This document shows positions 9,062 to 17,085 of a stretch of 50,542 nt of DNA, piece after piece. The notes beneath the pieces are model-generated. The model searched no databases, had not been told where the DNA came from, and saw nothing but the letters and a program-made list of their open reading frames with translations. Both the position numbers and the translations under genes were made by a program. The stretch's first letter is position 1; every line of letters starts with the position of its first letter. Source of the stretch: Thermoplasmata archaeon. Lineage in GTDB: Archaea > Thermoplasmatota > Thermoplasmata > UBA10834. The stretch spans positions 1 through 50,542 of the forward strand of contig JBGOXV010000001.1 in the NCBI GenBank assembly GCA_041479325.1. The letters are read 5' to 3'.

Positions 9062-10858
9062 CTAGCCTCCCCCCGACTCATCGATCCGCTTCATGATGCC
9101 CGCGAGCTCCTTCTTGTATGAGGCGCTGAGATCGCCGTAGACCTTGGCGTCGATCTCCCCCTTCGCATGCGCTCCATCGAGAGCGACGATGGCCTCCATC
9201 AGCTTCACCTTCTCGGCTTCCAGCGGGCTGATGGCCAACGCCTCCGCAGCCTTTCTTTCCGCCATGAGCCTGGTGGCTTTCGCGAGATACTCTTCCCTCA
9301 CTGATTTGTAGGCCTTCTCAGGCAGTCGGCCGTGCTCGAAGTCGTCGTCGATACGCGCGAGAGAAGCCATCACGGAGTCGTATTCACCTGATGACATGGC
9401 ATTAGGCACGCTCGGGTTCCGGGCCGTCGAGGACCTCCGCGAGAGTCTGGTGAGTTCGTTCCGCATACCTTTGAGCTCCTGCTTGAGTCCCACAAGTTCC
9501 GTGTCCGCCTCCGGCTTGCTCATGGCTCCCGATGACCGTTTCTCGCCGACAGTCTCGATCTCCGAGAGGATTTCCTTCTTGCGTTTTATCAGCTCGTTCC
9601 TGCGCGCGCTCACGTCTTCCTCGAGACCCGCCTCGGCGGGATTCGTCTGCTCGTCTGTAATGGATGAACGCGAAACGTTCCTACGCCGCTCCAGTCTTTG
9701 GCGCCTTGCGACCGCGAACCCAGCGAAAAGGCAAGCTACAAGGGCCACACTACCCAGGTACAGCGCCCAAGGAACTTGTGCCTGGGGCGGCGCAATGACT
9801 TCGACGGTGAAGGTCGGGGATCCTCCTGCTATGATGGACATGTTGAAATACAGATTCTTCTCCGGATAGGCGCTCATTGTGCCTGAGGTATCGAGCCTCA
9901 GGTCCACTCCCTGGGCGCTCACATTGTAGCCCTTCACGAGATAGAGCATCAGGACCAGAGAGCCGTCCTGGGAATACGCAAGGGGTTCGCTGATGTTCAA
10001 TATGGCCTTGCCGTTGGTGAAGGTCGGCGTCCACACGTAGGAGATGTGCGAAGTGAATGGCACAGTGAGCGCGGTGTACCGGATTCTTGTCTGGAAGCCT
10101 GTGATCTTCGGATCTCCCCCTTGGGTAGTGTTGCCTCGGAGCGTCAGCCTAACCCTCAACTCAGTGCCGTTCTTCGGAAACTGAACGTAACTGGTTCCGT
10201 TGAAGTTGACGGAGACCCAGTGGATGCCGTCATTGGAAAGCTCGCCTGAGACATTCGTCATGTTCGACCCATACGCGGACAGGTTTGCAGATGTGATGTT
10301 GTAACAGTTGGAGACGGCGATGGCGGCCGAGACCGCCGTTCCTTCTGTCTTGTTCGGTGACAGGTGCAGGCTGCTTGGGGTGTAGGTGGTGTTGACCAAA
10401 GTGCCGTTCAGGAGGAACTCGGCAGCGATCTCCGTGCGATTGCAGGGCGTCCCCTCTCGCGAGTAATCAGACGGGACGTCGACAAAGAAGCTCCCTGCCA
10501 TAGGCCCGGATGATTCCCATCCATGGTTGGCCCCGGACGGGCTCATCAGAGTTAAGTTCCTGGCATCCTTGGGAACCTCGGTGTGCACTCGACTGACATT
10601 GTAGGGCAAGTCGTAGCTGATGATGCGCAACGCGGTGAAATCATGGTCCGACTGCAATCCCGGCACGAGATTCGATTCCCCTTGGATCAGGTAGAACACG
10701 CTCGCGCCAATCGTCGGTCCGTCGCTGCTCGCACCCGCCGCCGAGCTTTGCGGCGAGATTAACAACGGGGCGAACATGGAGACCACGATCACCATCGAGA
10801 GAACCCGTAGCACACTCACTTTGCTCAATGATACCCTCCTTGACAGACTGTCATGCAA
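9062..10858 (-). CDS. Uncharacterised type-I membrane protein embedded in the ccm operon (orfX): signal peptide, sequon-rich ectodomain, 1 TM helix, cytoplasmic coiled-coil tail
   Basis: 598-aa ORF, 15 nt after the ccmE stop and 4 nt before the ccmF start. It has a hydrophobic N-terminus, 16 N-x-S/T sequons in aa 87-341 by my count, and a TM helix at WALYLGSVALVACLFAGFAVA followed by RRQRLERRR. The roughly 214-aa charged tail carries two similar motifs (GRLPEKAYKSVREEYL and GEIDAKVYGDLSASYKKEL). No CxxC or heme motif. Confidence 0.7.
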   Translation of the reverse strand: MHDSLSRRVSLSKVSVLRVLSMVIVVSMFAPLLISPQSSAAGASSDGPTIGASVFYLIQGESNLVPGLQSDHDFTALRIISYDLPYNVSRVHTEVPKDARNLTLMSPSGANHGWESSGPMAGSFFVDVPSDYSREGTPCNRTEIAAEFLLNGTLVNTTYTPSSLHLSPNKTEGTAVSAAIAVSNCYNITSANLSAYGSNMTNVSGELSNDGIHWVSVNFNGTSYVQFPKNGTELRVRLTLRGNTTQGGDPKITGFQTRIRYTALTVPFTSHISYVWTPTFTNGKAILNISEPLAYSQDGSLVLMLYLVKGYNVSAQGVDLRLDTSGTMSAYPEKNLYFNMSIIAGGSPTFTVEVIAPPQAQVPWALYLGSVALVACLFAGFAVARRQRLERRRNVSRSSITDEQTNPAEAGLEEDVSARRNELIKRKKEILSEIETVGEKRSSGAMSKPEADTELVGLKQELKGMRNELTRLSRRSSTARNPSVPNAMSSGEYDSVMASLARIDDDFEHGRLPEKAYKSVREEYLAKATRLMAERKAAEALAISPLEAEKVKLMEAIVALDGAHAKGEIDAKVYGDLSASYKKELAGIMKRIDESGGG

Positions 10859-10873
10859 TCAGATCACTGTCGA

Positions 10874-11260
10874 CTAGTATTTCGACGCGCAACCGACGGT
10901 GATCTCGGTCGCGGTCATGTGCAGGGGTTGCACACCATCGAGCTGTCCTTTCGCCCCGACGGTCTTGCCATTCTCGAATCCCGAGGGCAACGGCCCAGTC
11001 AAGGTCACATTGATGTTGCCGCCCGAAGCGGCGTTCGTATCGAACAGCGTGAAGTTCCTGCTCCCAGGGTCTCCGTTCCAATCAGAGACAACCCCCCTGA
11101 CCTCGATCGGTTTCCCTGAGTAATGTGAGGGGCTGGTGGCAATCTCGCTCACGGAAAGATAGGTCTGCCCCGTCGAGTTCCAACCCCAGAATACGACAAC
11201 CAGGGCAGCCGCGATCACGACGAGGGCAACGATGACCTTCCTCTTGCGACGCCTCGACAT
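10874..11260 (-). CDS. ccmE: Cytochrome c maturation heme chaperone CcmE, CxxxY variant
   Basis: N-terminal anchor (RRRKRKVIVALVVIAAALVVV), OB-fold-like body (IEVRGVV...FTLFD...V.L.G.LP..F..G..V.A.G) and C-terminus GCASKY. Cys replaces the heme-binding His of HxxxY. Confidence 0.85.
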   Translation of the reverse strand: MSRRRKRKVIVALVVIAAALVVVFWGWNSTGQTYLSVSEIATSPSHYSGKPIEVRGVVSDWNGDPGSRNFTLFDTNAASGGNINVTLTGPLPSGFENGKTVGAKGQLDGVQPLHMTATEITVGCASKY

Positions 11261-11300
11261 CGGTCGAGGCGGGTTGGGAAGTTCCGGGATCGGGGGCGGA

Positions 11301-11450
11301 TCACTTGCCGTGCCTCGACACCTCCTCCTTGAGCATCTTGATGTCCCTGTCTATCCTGCGCTGCCTCAGGTACATGTACCCGAGGAAGGAGAATAGGCCG
11401 AGCCAAACGATCGAGTAGGCAACATACAACGCAGTCCACGAATCCGACAT
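11301..11450 (-). CDS. ccmD: CcmD-like small membrane protein (49 aa, not in the ORF track)
   Basis: My own translation of the minus strand gives MSDSWTALYVAYSIVWLGLFSFLGYMYLRQRRIDRDIKMLKEEVSRHGK*. That is one TM helix followed by a basic/charged tail, in the canonical ccmC-ccmD-ccmE position. Its ATG shares one nt with the ccmC stop (TGATG). Confidence 0.6.
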   Translation of the reverse strand: MSDSWTALYVAYSIVWLGLFSFLGYMYLRQRRIDRDIKMLKEEVSRHGK

Positions 11451-12580
11451 CATTCTTCCTCCCCTATCTTGCGCTTGAGTTCTTCCAATTCTTCTTCAGC
11501 TTCCGCAATCTCGACTCTCTTTATTAGCATTGTTATAAACAGGACTGTGAATGCGATGACGGCGATACCTATGGTCATGCCAGCTTGAGGGGAAAGACTG
11601 CCACTGCTGGTCGCAATGACTTGGGGATGGCTGGATTGCATCAGCGGGGCCACTCTCGATGACAGGAAACTCATTGGCACGGTGACGAAGCTGAGGATCC
11701 CATAGACCGCGCTCACCCTCGCCTTCGTGCTCGGCTCGCTAATCGCCGCTCTCAGCGACAGATAGCCGATGTAGACGAGCCACAGGACGAACGTCGTCAC
11801 GAGCTTCATGTCGTCCCAACGCCAATAGACCCCCCACTCCTGCTTCGCCCAGACTGGTCCTGTTGTGATGGCGATTGTGGCGAATACTATCCCAATCTCT
11901 GCAGAAGAGTAGGCCACCCTGTCATACCTATGATCCCTGGTCCTGAGAAAGAGGGCGCTTCCGACCAGCGTTACCCCAAACGAGAGATAGCACGCCCATG
12001 CGGATGGCATGTGGAAGTAGAATATCTTCTGGGCGACAGGGGCGGTCATTAGCCCGAAGCTCCCCACTTGGCCGAACGCAAAATCATTCCCGCTGAAGCT
12101 CGCAAGAGAAAAGCCCGTTACGTTGGAATTCGGGCCGATTTCATGAGCAGTGACAAAACCATTCACCGACAGGTTGGTACCGGCTGTGATTCTCCATCCT
12201 ATGTCTGGGCTGGTTCCTGCGACAACATAGCCCCCTGAGAGTGAGTCGACGTCTATCGGACGCACAGTCCACCATTGCTGGTCTAGATGATTGGTTGCAT
12301 TTGCCTGAAGATATCGCCCGTAATCGCGGAAATCTGCAATAGAGAAAACCACGTGATCTGGCGCGTCAATCCCGTGATTCAGATTTCGGTAGTAGACGGC
12401 GGACACGAATCCTGCGACATGGAGCCTTGATCCTTCCACCGAAGACATGATCTCGCCTGCCGACTTTACGCCCGTCTGGGGCAGAGGAGCGAAGAAGATT
12501 GCCAGATAGACCGTCATCAGGATCAAGACGACTGAGACCACCAAGAGAATCGTTCCCAGCTTCTTCCTGTCCATCCTCAT
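11450..12580 (-). CDS. ccmC: Heme exporter protein CcmC with a roughly 150-aa extracytoplasmic insertion after TM1
   Basis: QKIFYFHMP (conserved His), the WWD motif WGVYWRWDDMKL, and 6 or more TM helices. The start was set at ATG 12580 (MRMDRKK), 1 nt after the ccmB stop. The track start at 12604 would overlap ccmB. Confidence 0.85.
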   Translation of the reverse strand: MRMDRKKLGTILLVVSVVLILMTVYLAIFFAPLPQTGVKSAGEIMSSVEGSRLHVAGFVSAVYYRNLNHGIDAPDHVVFSIADFRDYGRYLQANATNHLDQQWWTVRPIDVDSLSGGYVVAGTSPDIGWRITAGTNLSVNGFVTAHEIGPNSNVTGFSLASFSGNDFAFGQVGSFGLMTAPVAQKIFYFHMPSAWACYLSFGVTLVGSALFLRTRDHRYDRVAYSSAEIGIVFATIAITTGPVWAKQEWGVYWRWDDMKLVTTFVLWLVYIGYLSLRAAISEPSTKARVSAVYGILSFVTVPMSFLSSRVAPLMQSSHPQVIATSSGSLSPQAGMTIGIAVIAFTVLFITMLIKRVEIAEAEEELEELKRKIGEEE

Positions 12581-12581
12581 G

Positions 12582-13262
12582 TCATCCCTCAAGCACGAAA
12601 TCAAACGTCAGATATCCGAGCACGGCGAAGATGGCGGCGAAGGCCGCAACGGATTCGATCTGCTGAACAGAGTCGCCGATACCCCCTGCCATCGCGTTCT
12701 TGGTGGCAGTTACGGAGGGCACGATCACGCTGAATGCGATCAACGGGATCAGCAGGATGGGCAGCAAAACCTCGCGAGCGCGGGTGTTGACGGATATCGC
12801 TGCGACGAGGGTGCCGACCAGGACAATTGTGACGCTCCCGAGCAAGGCAAGCCCCACGATCGCGAGCGTCTGCCCGCTGTAGTCGAATGAGAAGAACAAC
12901 CCGAAGAAAGCTATCGACAACAAGTCGACGAAGAAGACGACGAAAAGACTGGACAGCGCCTTTCCAAGATACAACTCGCTTCTGTCCACAGGCGCGAGCA
13001 AGAGGCCATCGAGCGTCTCTCGGTCCTTCTCCTTGGCGAACGAAGTGTACATCCCAAGAATCGCAGCGAACGAGAAGCATATCCAAAGGGCGGAAGCTGC
13101 CAGCTCTGGGAGTCCCACCACCCCGGAGCTCACGGCGTTTGAGAACGCGAACCTGAAAGCAAGGACGATCAGGAGCGAGAACAGGAACATCGCACTCAGC
13201 ATCTCCTTTGACCTGAGCTCGACCTTCAGGTCCTTCGCCGCGATAATCAGGGCGGCCCTCAC
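12582..13262 (-). CDS. ccmB: Heme exporter permease CcmB
   Basis: A 226-aa polytopic protein. The N-terminus IIAAKDLKVELRSKEMLSAMFLFSLLIVLAFRFAF is typical of CcmB. It has a 4-nt overlap with ccmA. Confidence 0.85.
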   Translation of the reverse strand: MRAALIIAAKDLKVELRSKEMLSAMFLFSLLIVLAFRFAFSNAVSSGVVGLPELAASALWICFSFAAILGMYTSFAKEKDRETLDGLLLAPVDRSELYLGKALSSLFVVFFVDLLSIAFFGLFFSFDYSGQTLAIVGLALLGSVTIVLVGTLVAAISVNTRAREVLLPILLIPLIAFSVIVPSVTATKNAMAGGIGDSVQQIESVAAFAAIFAVLGYLTFDFVLEG

Positions 13263-13972
13263 ACGATCCCTCCCTCGGAGGAGGCTCGGTAGCCCGCTTC
13301 GAGCTCGCCCCTGGTTATGGACGCTCGGTCGAATGACCGTTCGATCTTCCCATGGACAAGCACCTCGGCTCGATCGGCCAGCGATGATATCCTCTGGATA
13401 TCATGCGTCACGATCAGAATGGAGCAACCCCTCGATCTCTCCTCCGTCAGTATCTGTGAGAGCACCTCGTTCCCCTTCTCGTCCAGGGAGGAGAAGGGCT
13501 CGTCGAGAAGTAGCACCTTGGGAGAATGGAGGATGGCCCTTGCTATCGCGAGCCTCTGGCGCATCCCCTTGGAGAATACTGCGACGCGGTCGTTCATACG
13601 ATGGGACAGCCCCACGCGCTGAAGGAGCGCCTTGCCCGCAGCTTCGAAGTCCTTTCCAGGCAGGCCGTACAATGACCAGAAGAACCTGAGGTTCTCGAGT
13701 GCCGTGAGGTCGTCGTACGTGTAGGTCGAGTGCCCCACCACCCCGATCGATTTCCTTGACATCACGGGATCGTCGTAAACGCTCTTGCCGTCAAGGAACA
13801 CATCGCCCCGGGTAGGCTCAGCGAGAGTCGACATAAGGCGCAGAAGGGTGGTCTTCCCCGCGCCATTGGGTCCCATCAAGGCGACAATCTCGCCATCCTC
13901 GATCTTCAGATCGAGGCCGTCCAGGACTGTGCGTCGTCCGAATCGCTTTGTCACGGTCCTGGCATCTATCAC
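13259..13972 (-). CDS. ccmA: Heme exporter ATP-binding protein CcmA (ABC ATPase)
   Basis: Walker A GPNGAGKTT, signature-like FSKGMRQRLAIA, and Walker B LLLDEP. It is the first gene of the ccm operon, with GGGGAGG upstream of the ATG. Confidence 0.85.
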   Translation of the reverse strand: MIDARTVTKRFGRRTVLDGLDLKIEDGEIVALMGPNGAGKTTLLRLMSTLAEPTRGDVFLDGKSVYDDPVMSRKSIGVVGHSTYTYDDLTALENLRFFWSLYGLPGKDFEAAGKALLQRVGLSHRMNDRVAVFSKGMRQRLAIARAILHSPKVLLLDEPFSSLDEKGNEVLSQILTEERSRGCSILIVTHDIQRISSLADRAEVLVHGKIERSFDRASITRGELEAGYRASSEGGIV

Positions 13973-14086
13973 CGATTGCCTCCCCTGGATAGACCCTGAG
14001 AATCTAACTGCCGGTATATCATCCCTTTCAATGCCATGCGAATAGAGCCGAGACCCAGGAGCGGGGGGCGACAGCTAGGGACATTG

Positions 14087-14092
14087 AAAAAA
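14087..14092 (-). terminator. Oligo-T tract downstream of the multiheme cytochrome gene
   Basis: On the minus strand a T6 run within a T-rich stretch (CTTTCTTTCATTTTTTC) lies about 25 nt after the stop at 14115. Archaeal terminators are typically oligo-T. Confidence 0.35.
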
Positions 14093-14114
14093 TGAAAGAA
14101 AGAGGGAAAGTGTT

Positions 14115-15869
14115 TCACTGTTCCTTTTCCTTAGGTGTCTCAGACGCTTTCGTCTCAGTTGCCTTCGTCTCAGGTGCCTTCGGTTCCTGTCTCCTCCGCA
14201 TGAGGAGCAATCCGATGACCGACGCCACTACGATGACGATGATCATTGCCGCGATCAGACTCAAGGCTTCAGTCGACAGTCCTCCAGCAGCCTTCATTGC
14301 GATCGATTGGGGGCTCACCGTGTTCGTGATCTCGTTTCCGTTGCTATCGACGGCCGTGACGTACACATAGTATGTGCCCGCCTTGAGATTCGTTATGGTA
14401 ACGGTGCTGGTCGACTTGCCATCCAGTTGCAGCCTCCATGCGCTGTCGGTGATGTTCGCCTTCGAAGAGCTCAGGACGTATATCCTGTACTTCGAGAAGT
14501 CCGAAGCATTGCTAGGAGTCCAGCTCACCGTGATCTGTCCGTGTCCATCATCTGTCACCTGTATGCCGGTGATCTTGTCCGGCGGCGTCAGGTTCGCTAT
14601 GGTGCTGTTCGAGCGTGCCATCGAATCGACCAACAGCTCATCTGCCAGGCCCGGGTTGTGGTTGCCCTGGCTCATGTCCAGGTCCACGGAGTCGAGGTTG
14701 AAGCTGGCGATCTTGTACTGGGTCATCCAGTCGCTGAGGTTTTCCCCAGTCCTGTTCCCTGCCATCTGCTTGATCGCTGCTATTGCATCGTTCAGGAGCG
14801 GCTTGCTTATCGCGAGCTGTCCGTCCGTCTTGGTGGCAACGGAATCGATCACCTGCTGCGCCTGACTTGCGTTCGTCAGGTCGGGCAATTGTCCTGTCCC
14901 ATTGTGACACGTCAGGCAGGCCGTTGCGTTGGGCAAGAAGGTGTGGTTGGGCAGCCCCGCGTTCTCAAATCCCAAATGGCAGTTGAAGCAGGACACATCG
15001 ACCATGTAGCTCGTTGTTGATCGGTCAATGCCGAATCCTGCGGTGTTGTTCCTCATCTCAGCCATTGGATGATGTGGCTTCGCGCTGGGCTCACTGGCGT
15101 ATGTCGCCCCGTACGCATTGTGGCATTTCTGGCATATCTCAGTCCTGTCGACCCTGAGCTGTGCGAATCCGCTGGGACCCATGCTGTGCGGATCATGGCA
15201 TGTCGGGCATCCAATCTCCCAGGTCAGGGGCGCGTCCTCGCTCCCGATCCTGTAGCTCGTCCTGAAGGATCCCCCTTCGATCAGCTTCATAGCCATCCAT
15301 GATTCGTGGCAGTTGGCACACTGGACATTGTTCTTGATGTAGTCCGGAAGTCCTACTTCCGCGTGGCCGGACATGTTCCACTCGTTGTATGTCGGGTGGT
15401 GAGTCCCGCCAACGGTGCCAGTGTGGCATGAACCGCAAAGGCTGGAGTTCAAGACGAGGCCGATCGTCTGCAGCTTCTGGCCGGACGATGCTACCTCGTG
15501 CAAGCTTCCTGGTCCGTGGCACACCTGACAGCTCACGTTAGTCAGGTAGCTCGGCGTTCTGCTCGTGACGTTGAACCCCGTGGCGGGGTATATGCCAGGA
15601 TGTCCTCCTGCCCCTACCACATGGCACGGCATGCACCTTGTAGCTCCACCAATCACATTCAGATATGCACTGGCGTGCAGTGTCTGGTTGAAGGTGGCGT
15701 TTAAGTCAGCATGGCAGCCGATTCGTGCACAGGTGTCGTTCGGCACATAGCTAGCTGTCGTGGGCGGAGGGCCCGCTTGGTTGTTAGGCAACTGGAGCAT
15801 TATAAAAATCAAGACACCTAGAGCGCACAGGCCAAATGCCAGTGCGATTTTCCATGTCCTTATGCTCAA
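14115..15869 (-). CDS. Membrane-anchored multiheme c-type cytochrome (8 CxxCH plus 1 CX4CH) with a C-terminal FN3-like domain and TM anchor
   Basis: Heme motifs counted in the translation: CMPCH, CQVCH, CGSCH, CANCH, CPTCH, CQKCH, CFNCH and CLTCH, plus CARIGCH. It has an N-terminal hydrophobic signal and many N-x-S/T sequons. The FN3-like segment is ITGIQVTDDGHGQITVSWTP...YRIYV...GTYYVYVTAVDSNGNE. A C-terminal TM helix is followed by a basic/ETK-repeat tail. It has a TTG start with AAGGAGGG immediately upstream. Confidence 0.9.
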   Translation of the reverse strand: MSIRTWKIALAFGLCALGVLIFIMLQLPNNQAGPPPTTASYVPNDTCARIGCHADLNATFNQTLHASAYLNVIGGATRCMPCHVVGAGGHPGIYPATGFNVTSRTPSYLTNVSCQVCHGPGSLHEVASSGQKLQTIGLVLNSSLCGSCHTGTVGGTHHPTYNEWNMSGHAEVGLPDYIKNNVQCANCHESWMAMKLIEGGSFRTSYRIGSEDAPLTWEIGCPTCHDPHSMGPSGFAQLRVDRTEICQKCHNAYGATYASEPSAKPHHPMAEMRNNTAGFGIDRSTTSYMVDVSCFNCHLGFENAGLPNHTFLPNATACLTCHNGTGQLPDLTNASQAQQVIDSVATKTDGQLAISKPLLNDAIAAIKQMAGNRTGENLSDWMTQYKIASFNLDSVDLDMSQGNHNPGLADELLVDSMARSNSTIANLTPPDKITGIQVTDDGHGQITVSWTPSNASDFSKYRIYVLSSSKANITDSAWRLQLDGKSTSTVTITNLKAGTYYVYVTAVDSNGNEITNTVSPQSIAMKAAGGLSTEALSLIAAMIIVIVVASVIGLLLMRRRQEPKAPETKATETKASETPKEKEQ

Positions 15870-16146
15870 CCCTCCTTACCATTTCCCCGGTGGATACCGA
15901 GGCTTGAGACCTAAAACTATTACAGCGTTATATACTTGACGACTCATCATCCGTAAAGCGCGTACGGACAATGTGCGAATATGTTGGATCGGCTCACCGC
16001 CAGAAATGGAAGGTCTGAGGCAGACCCGAATCCGTCCTGTGCGAAGTGTAAGTCGAGTGTGGAGAAAGGATAATAACGGTGCAAACAACTCGGTGGGCCG
16101 CGCAGGAATAGCACCGATTTCAGAGGGAAGTTGGGGGAAGAAAGAC

Positions 16147-17085
16147 ATGCATCCGAGAGGAAGAATTGCATTACTGACATTCATCTGCTTGTCGATCGTG
16201 ACCGTCACGCTCGCGCCGTCGCTCTTGGCCACACCAGGCGGTGTCGCGAGCTCGAACCAGCTGTACGACTGTGGAGGATCCTGCCACAACAAACCGAGCA
16301 CTGCATCGATCACAATGTGGGCTTCCGCGCACCAGGTCGCACCTGGCGGACTAGTGGACGTCATCGTCAACGTTTCGGGAGGGCAGGCAGTCAACATCCT
16401 CGGCGTGATGATCGTGTCGGTGGCAAGCCCGGTACAGGCGAGCAACCCGACGGCACCAGAGAATGGGTGGGTAATCAGATCGGACCCAGTCGGAGGCACT
16501 TTCAACTACTATGAGAACACCACCTACTCGGGGTCTACATCAATGCGTTGGCAGCTGGACGCGCCCCTGGTCATGGGTTCCTACACACTCTATGCAAGGA
16601 TGATGCACGGCGGCGGAGCTGCCTATGCAGCAGACTACTCAGCTGGCGTCAGTTTCCTTGTCGGAACCATAAGCACTACCGGCCCGACCGTGCTCGTGAC
16701 TGCTCCAGCAACTGGAGCCGAGGTGAAAGGCGTCGTTCCCATCGAGACGACCGTCCTGGGCAACGCATCGCTCAGGTATGTCGTACTGAAGCTGGACGGG
16801 GTGGAGATCGCGAACAAGACCACTGGGCCGTTCACTTGGTCCCTCGAATCCACCATCTACAAAGATGGCGTGCACACGCTGAACGTGACAGCGGTGGATG
16901 TCAACGGGAAGGTCGGGTATCACGAGATAACCATCACCATCAACAATGCGGGGTCCAGTAGCGGGCTGCTTGCTTGGGTGTGGACAATGGCCGCAGGAAC
17001 CGTGGCCATTCTTGCATGGATTGGAGTCCTGATGGTCGTCGCGCTTATGGTGCGCCGGAGACACGTCGAAGGGGGGATGAAGTAA
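16147..17085 (+). CDS. Secreted, C-terminally anchored protein with a single CX3CH motif and an Ig-like domain
   Basis: The start was set at ATG 16147 (MHPRGRIALLTFICLSIVTV, signal-like), preceded by GGGGG. It has a CGGSCH motif near the mature N-terminus and an Ig-like repeat (VLVTAPATGAEVKGVVPIETTV...VHTLNVTAVDVNGKVGYHEITITINN). A C-terminal TM helix is followed by RRRH. Confidence 0.6.
   Translation: MHPRGRIALLTFICLSIVTVTLAPSLLATPGGVASSNQLYDCGGSCHNKPSTASITMWASAHQVAPGGLVDVIVNVSGGQAVNILGVMIVSVASPVQASNPTAPENGWVIRSDPVGGTFNYYENTTYSGSTSMRWQLDAPLVMGSYTLYARMMHGGGAAYAADYSAGVSFLVGTISTTGPTVLVTAPATGAEVKGVVPIETTVLGNASLRYVVLKLDGVEIANKTTGPFTWSLESTIYKDGVHTLNVTAVDVNGKVGYHEITITINNAGSSSGLLAWVWTMAAGTVAILAWIGVLMVVALMVRRRHVEGGMK

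Noticed and set aside
11215-11439. 74-aa track ORF between ccmC and ccmE
   Set aside because: It has a Cys/Arg/Pro-rich non-membrane sequence and overlaps ccmE by 46 nt. The alternative 49-aa frame gives a textbook CcmD-like TM protein coupled to the ccmC stop.
15876-16505. 209-aa minus-strand ORF spanning the divergent promoter region and the 5' end of the CX3CH gene
   Set aside because: It has no motifs, crosses an AT-rich promoter region, and is antisense to a gene with signal peptide, heme motif and Ig-like domain.
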